64,000 bases of DNA from Macrostomum lignano (Eukaryota). Below, in pieces: positions 62,534 through 64,000 of this stretch (position 1 is its first letter; every line of letters starts with the position of its first letter). The DNA lies in NCBI GenBank assembly GCA_002269645.1, contig NIVC01000735.1:62001-126000 (forward strand), read 5' to 3'. Made by a program: the position numbers and the translations under genes. The notes beneath the pieces are model-generated. The model was not told the origin of the DNA. It searched no databases and was given only the letters and a program-made list of their open reading frames with translations.

Positions 62534-63582
62534 CTAAGCTAACTTAGAGTCAGCTGAATTCAGATGAATCAGAAAGCGGTGCGGTACATCAACACATGCC
62601 CGGAATTTCATATAGTTCGGCAATTTTGTCTTAAGTTCGGTTAGTTCCAGGCTGCCAAGCTGGATCTCTCGGAGTGTCATGCTGCCGTTTCTTTTCCAAG
62701 TGGCCACGTCAAAGTACTCGATATTGCCTCGGGAGGTGCAGTGATTCATGCGCGCGTACTTTCTGGTGCTCCATTTTTAATGCGCTCCGTGTCGATGGTG
62801 CACCAGCTCTGGTCGGAGAGGGTGATCTTCAAGTCCTCAACGTCAGTTGAGCAGCAGTGGTTGTTTCTCAGGACTACCATGCTGGCCAGCTTAGCCGGGC
62901 GCTCCAGTCGGTAGCGCACCGAAGAGCCGGCCGGGATGGTGGCGAAAGTGGCGGATTTCCTGTCGGTTGTGCGCTTGCACACCTCGCTACCGGCTTGCAG
63001 TCCAGCTTCACTCTTTCTGAAGTAGTTATTTTTTGTTTGGTTCTCTCTTGCAAACGAATGTTCACGGATATTCTGAGACATTTTTATAGGGATTCCAAGG
63101 ACCTGAAATAGACTTTCGAAAAGAGGTAAATTCTAAAATAGACATTCTAAACAGTAAAATAGAAATTCTAAATGGTTTTCTAAATGAACAATGTCCCTAC
63201 TTGGAAGAGACAGGTAATCATTTTTTAGGGGAGTCGGTTTCTAGGAGGGGGTCATGGCCCTCCTCTTGCCTACACCAGATATAGATTAAATTAGATACAT
63301 TGGACTCACTGAGGCAAGCGTGGCTGTTCTCAGTGGTGGCCCCGCCTGGGCACCAGTCGCATCTGGTCAGGCCCTTCTTTCTTGCCAGGGCGAAGTTCAA
63401 GTCGGAGTTCCGGCGGATTTCGAGTTCAGACCTGGCGGACAGGGCCGGCAGTGTGGGTAGTGCGAGTTGCTTGAGTTCAGGTAGTTGCCAGGCAAGCACT
63501 CGGGCGCTCGCCCATCTGCTTGAGCACAGATTCCTACTAGAAGCACTGCAGCTGCAACAGTTTGAGCTCTCATAGTTACCAC
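62534..63582 (-). pseudogene. Two-exon secreted-protein gene: signal peptide, Cys-rich TNFR/GCC-like repeat, F-type lectin-like domain; about 3 frameshifts
   Basis: MRAQTVAAAVLLVGICAQA; CLPGNY...CRPCPPG...CDWCPGG..TENSHAC; intron 63309-63017; MVVLRNNHCCSTDVEDLKI...MTLREIQL. Frame breaks near 63410, 62995 and 62778. Confidence 0.6.
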
Positions 63583-63799
63583 CAGATTCTATAAAAACTT
63601 TTTAGCGGGTCGTTTTTTTATCTTCGTATGCTTTAACTGAAAGCCTTCGCTGTTATCCTGACAAGTACCAATTCTTTTTTAAAGTGTTGTAACGTTATAT
63701 GCACGTATGTGCTTATTTTACGAGCTATAGTCTATGGTATTAAATTACGTAGACACAGACACACTTAAAGTGCTAGATAGAGAATCTAGTGCGTGGCGG

Positions 63800-64000
63800 G
63801 ACAGAGGAGGGGAGAGAGGAGAGGGAGAGGGAGAGGAGAGAAGAAGGAGAGGGAAGGAGAGGAGAGGAGAGAAGAGAGAGAGAGAGAGAGAAGAGAGGAG
63901 AGAGAGAGGAGAGAAGAGAGAGGAGAGGAGAGAAGAGAGAGGAGAGAGGAGAGGAGAGAGAGAGAGAGAGAGGAGAGGGAGAGGAGAGGAGAGGAGAGGA
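63800..64000. repeat. GA-rich low-complexity tract (a similar tract lies at 52080-52320)
   Basis: Direct. Confidence 0.9.

Overview
Eukaryotic, intron-rich animal DNA. GC- and CpG-rich exons, short GT-AG introns and many intron-filling minisatellites suggest a free-living flatworm such as Macrostomum (inference from sequence style only). Genes assembled by hand from splice sites and reading frame: the 5' part of a TRPM channel (-), a Q-rich triple matrin-type zinc-finger gene (+), CFAP410/C21orf2 (-), a divergent DP (E2F partner) (+), a damaged PUF60/half-pint-like paralog (+), an unidentified low-complexity gene (-), a secreted mosaic of about 40 exons and at least 2,500 aa (discoidin F5/8C, C-type lectin, F-type lectin, kringle-like) with no visible end (+), and a frameshifted Cys-rich/F-lectin-like gene (-). 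Mobile DNA includes MITEs (one hAT-type with a perfect 8-bp TSD), a LINE tail, a decayed Tc1/IS630-like transposase, two tRNA-derived SINE copies and a Ty3/gypsy fragment. Strongest signal: the repeat islands between divergent genes are almost free of CpG and show C->T changes in CpA and other non-CpG contexts. This resembles fungal RIP and appears to extend into the neighbouring CFAP410 exons. Second signal: many intronic minisatellites are built from splice-signal mimics. All counts and alignments were made by eye.
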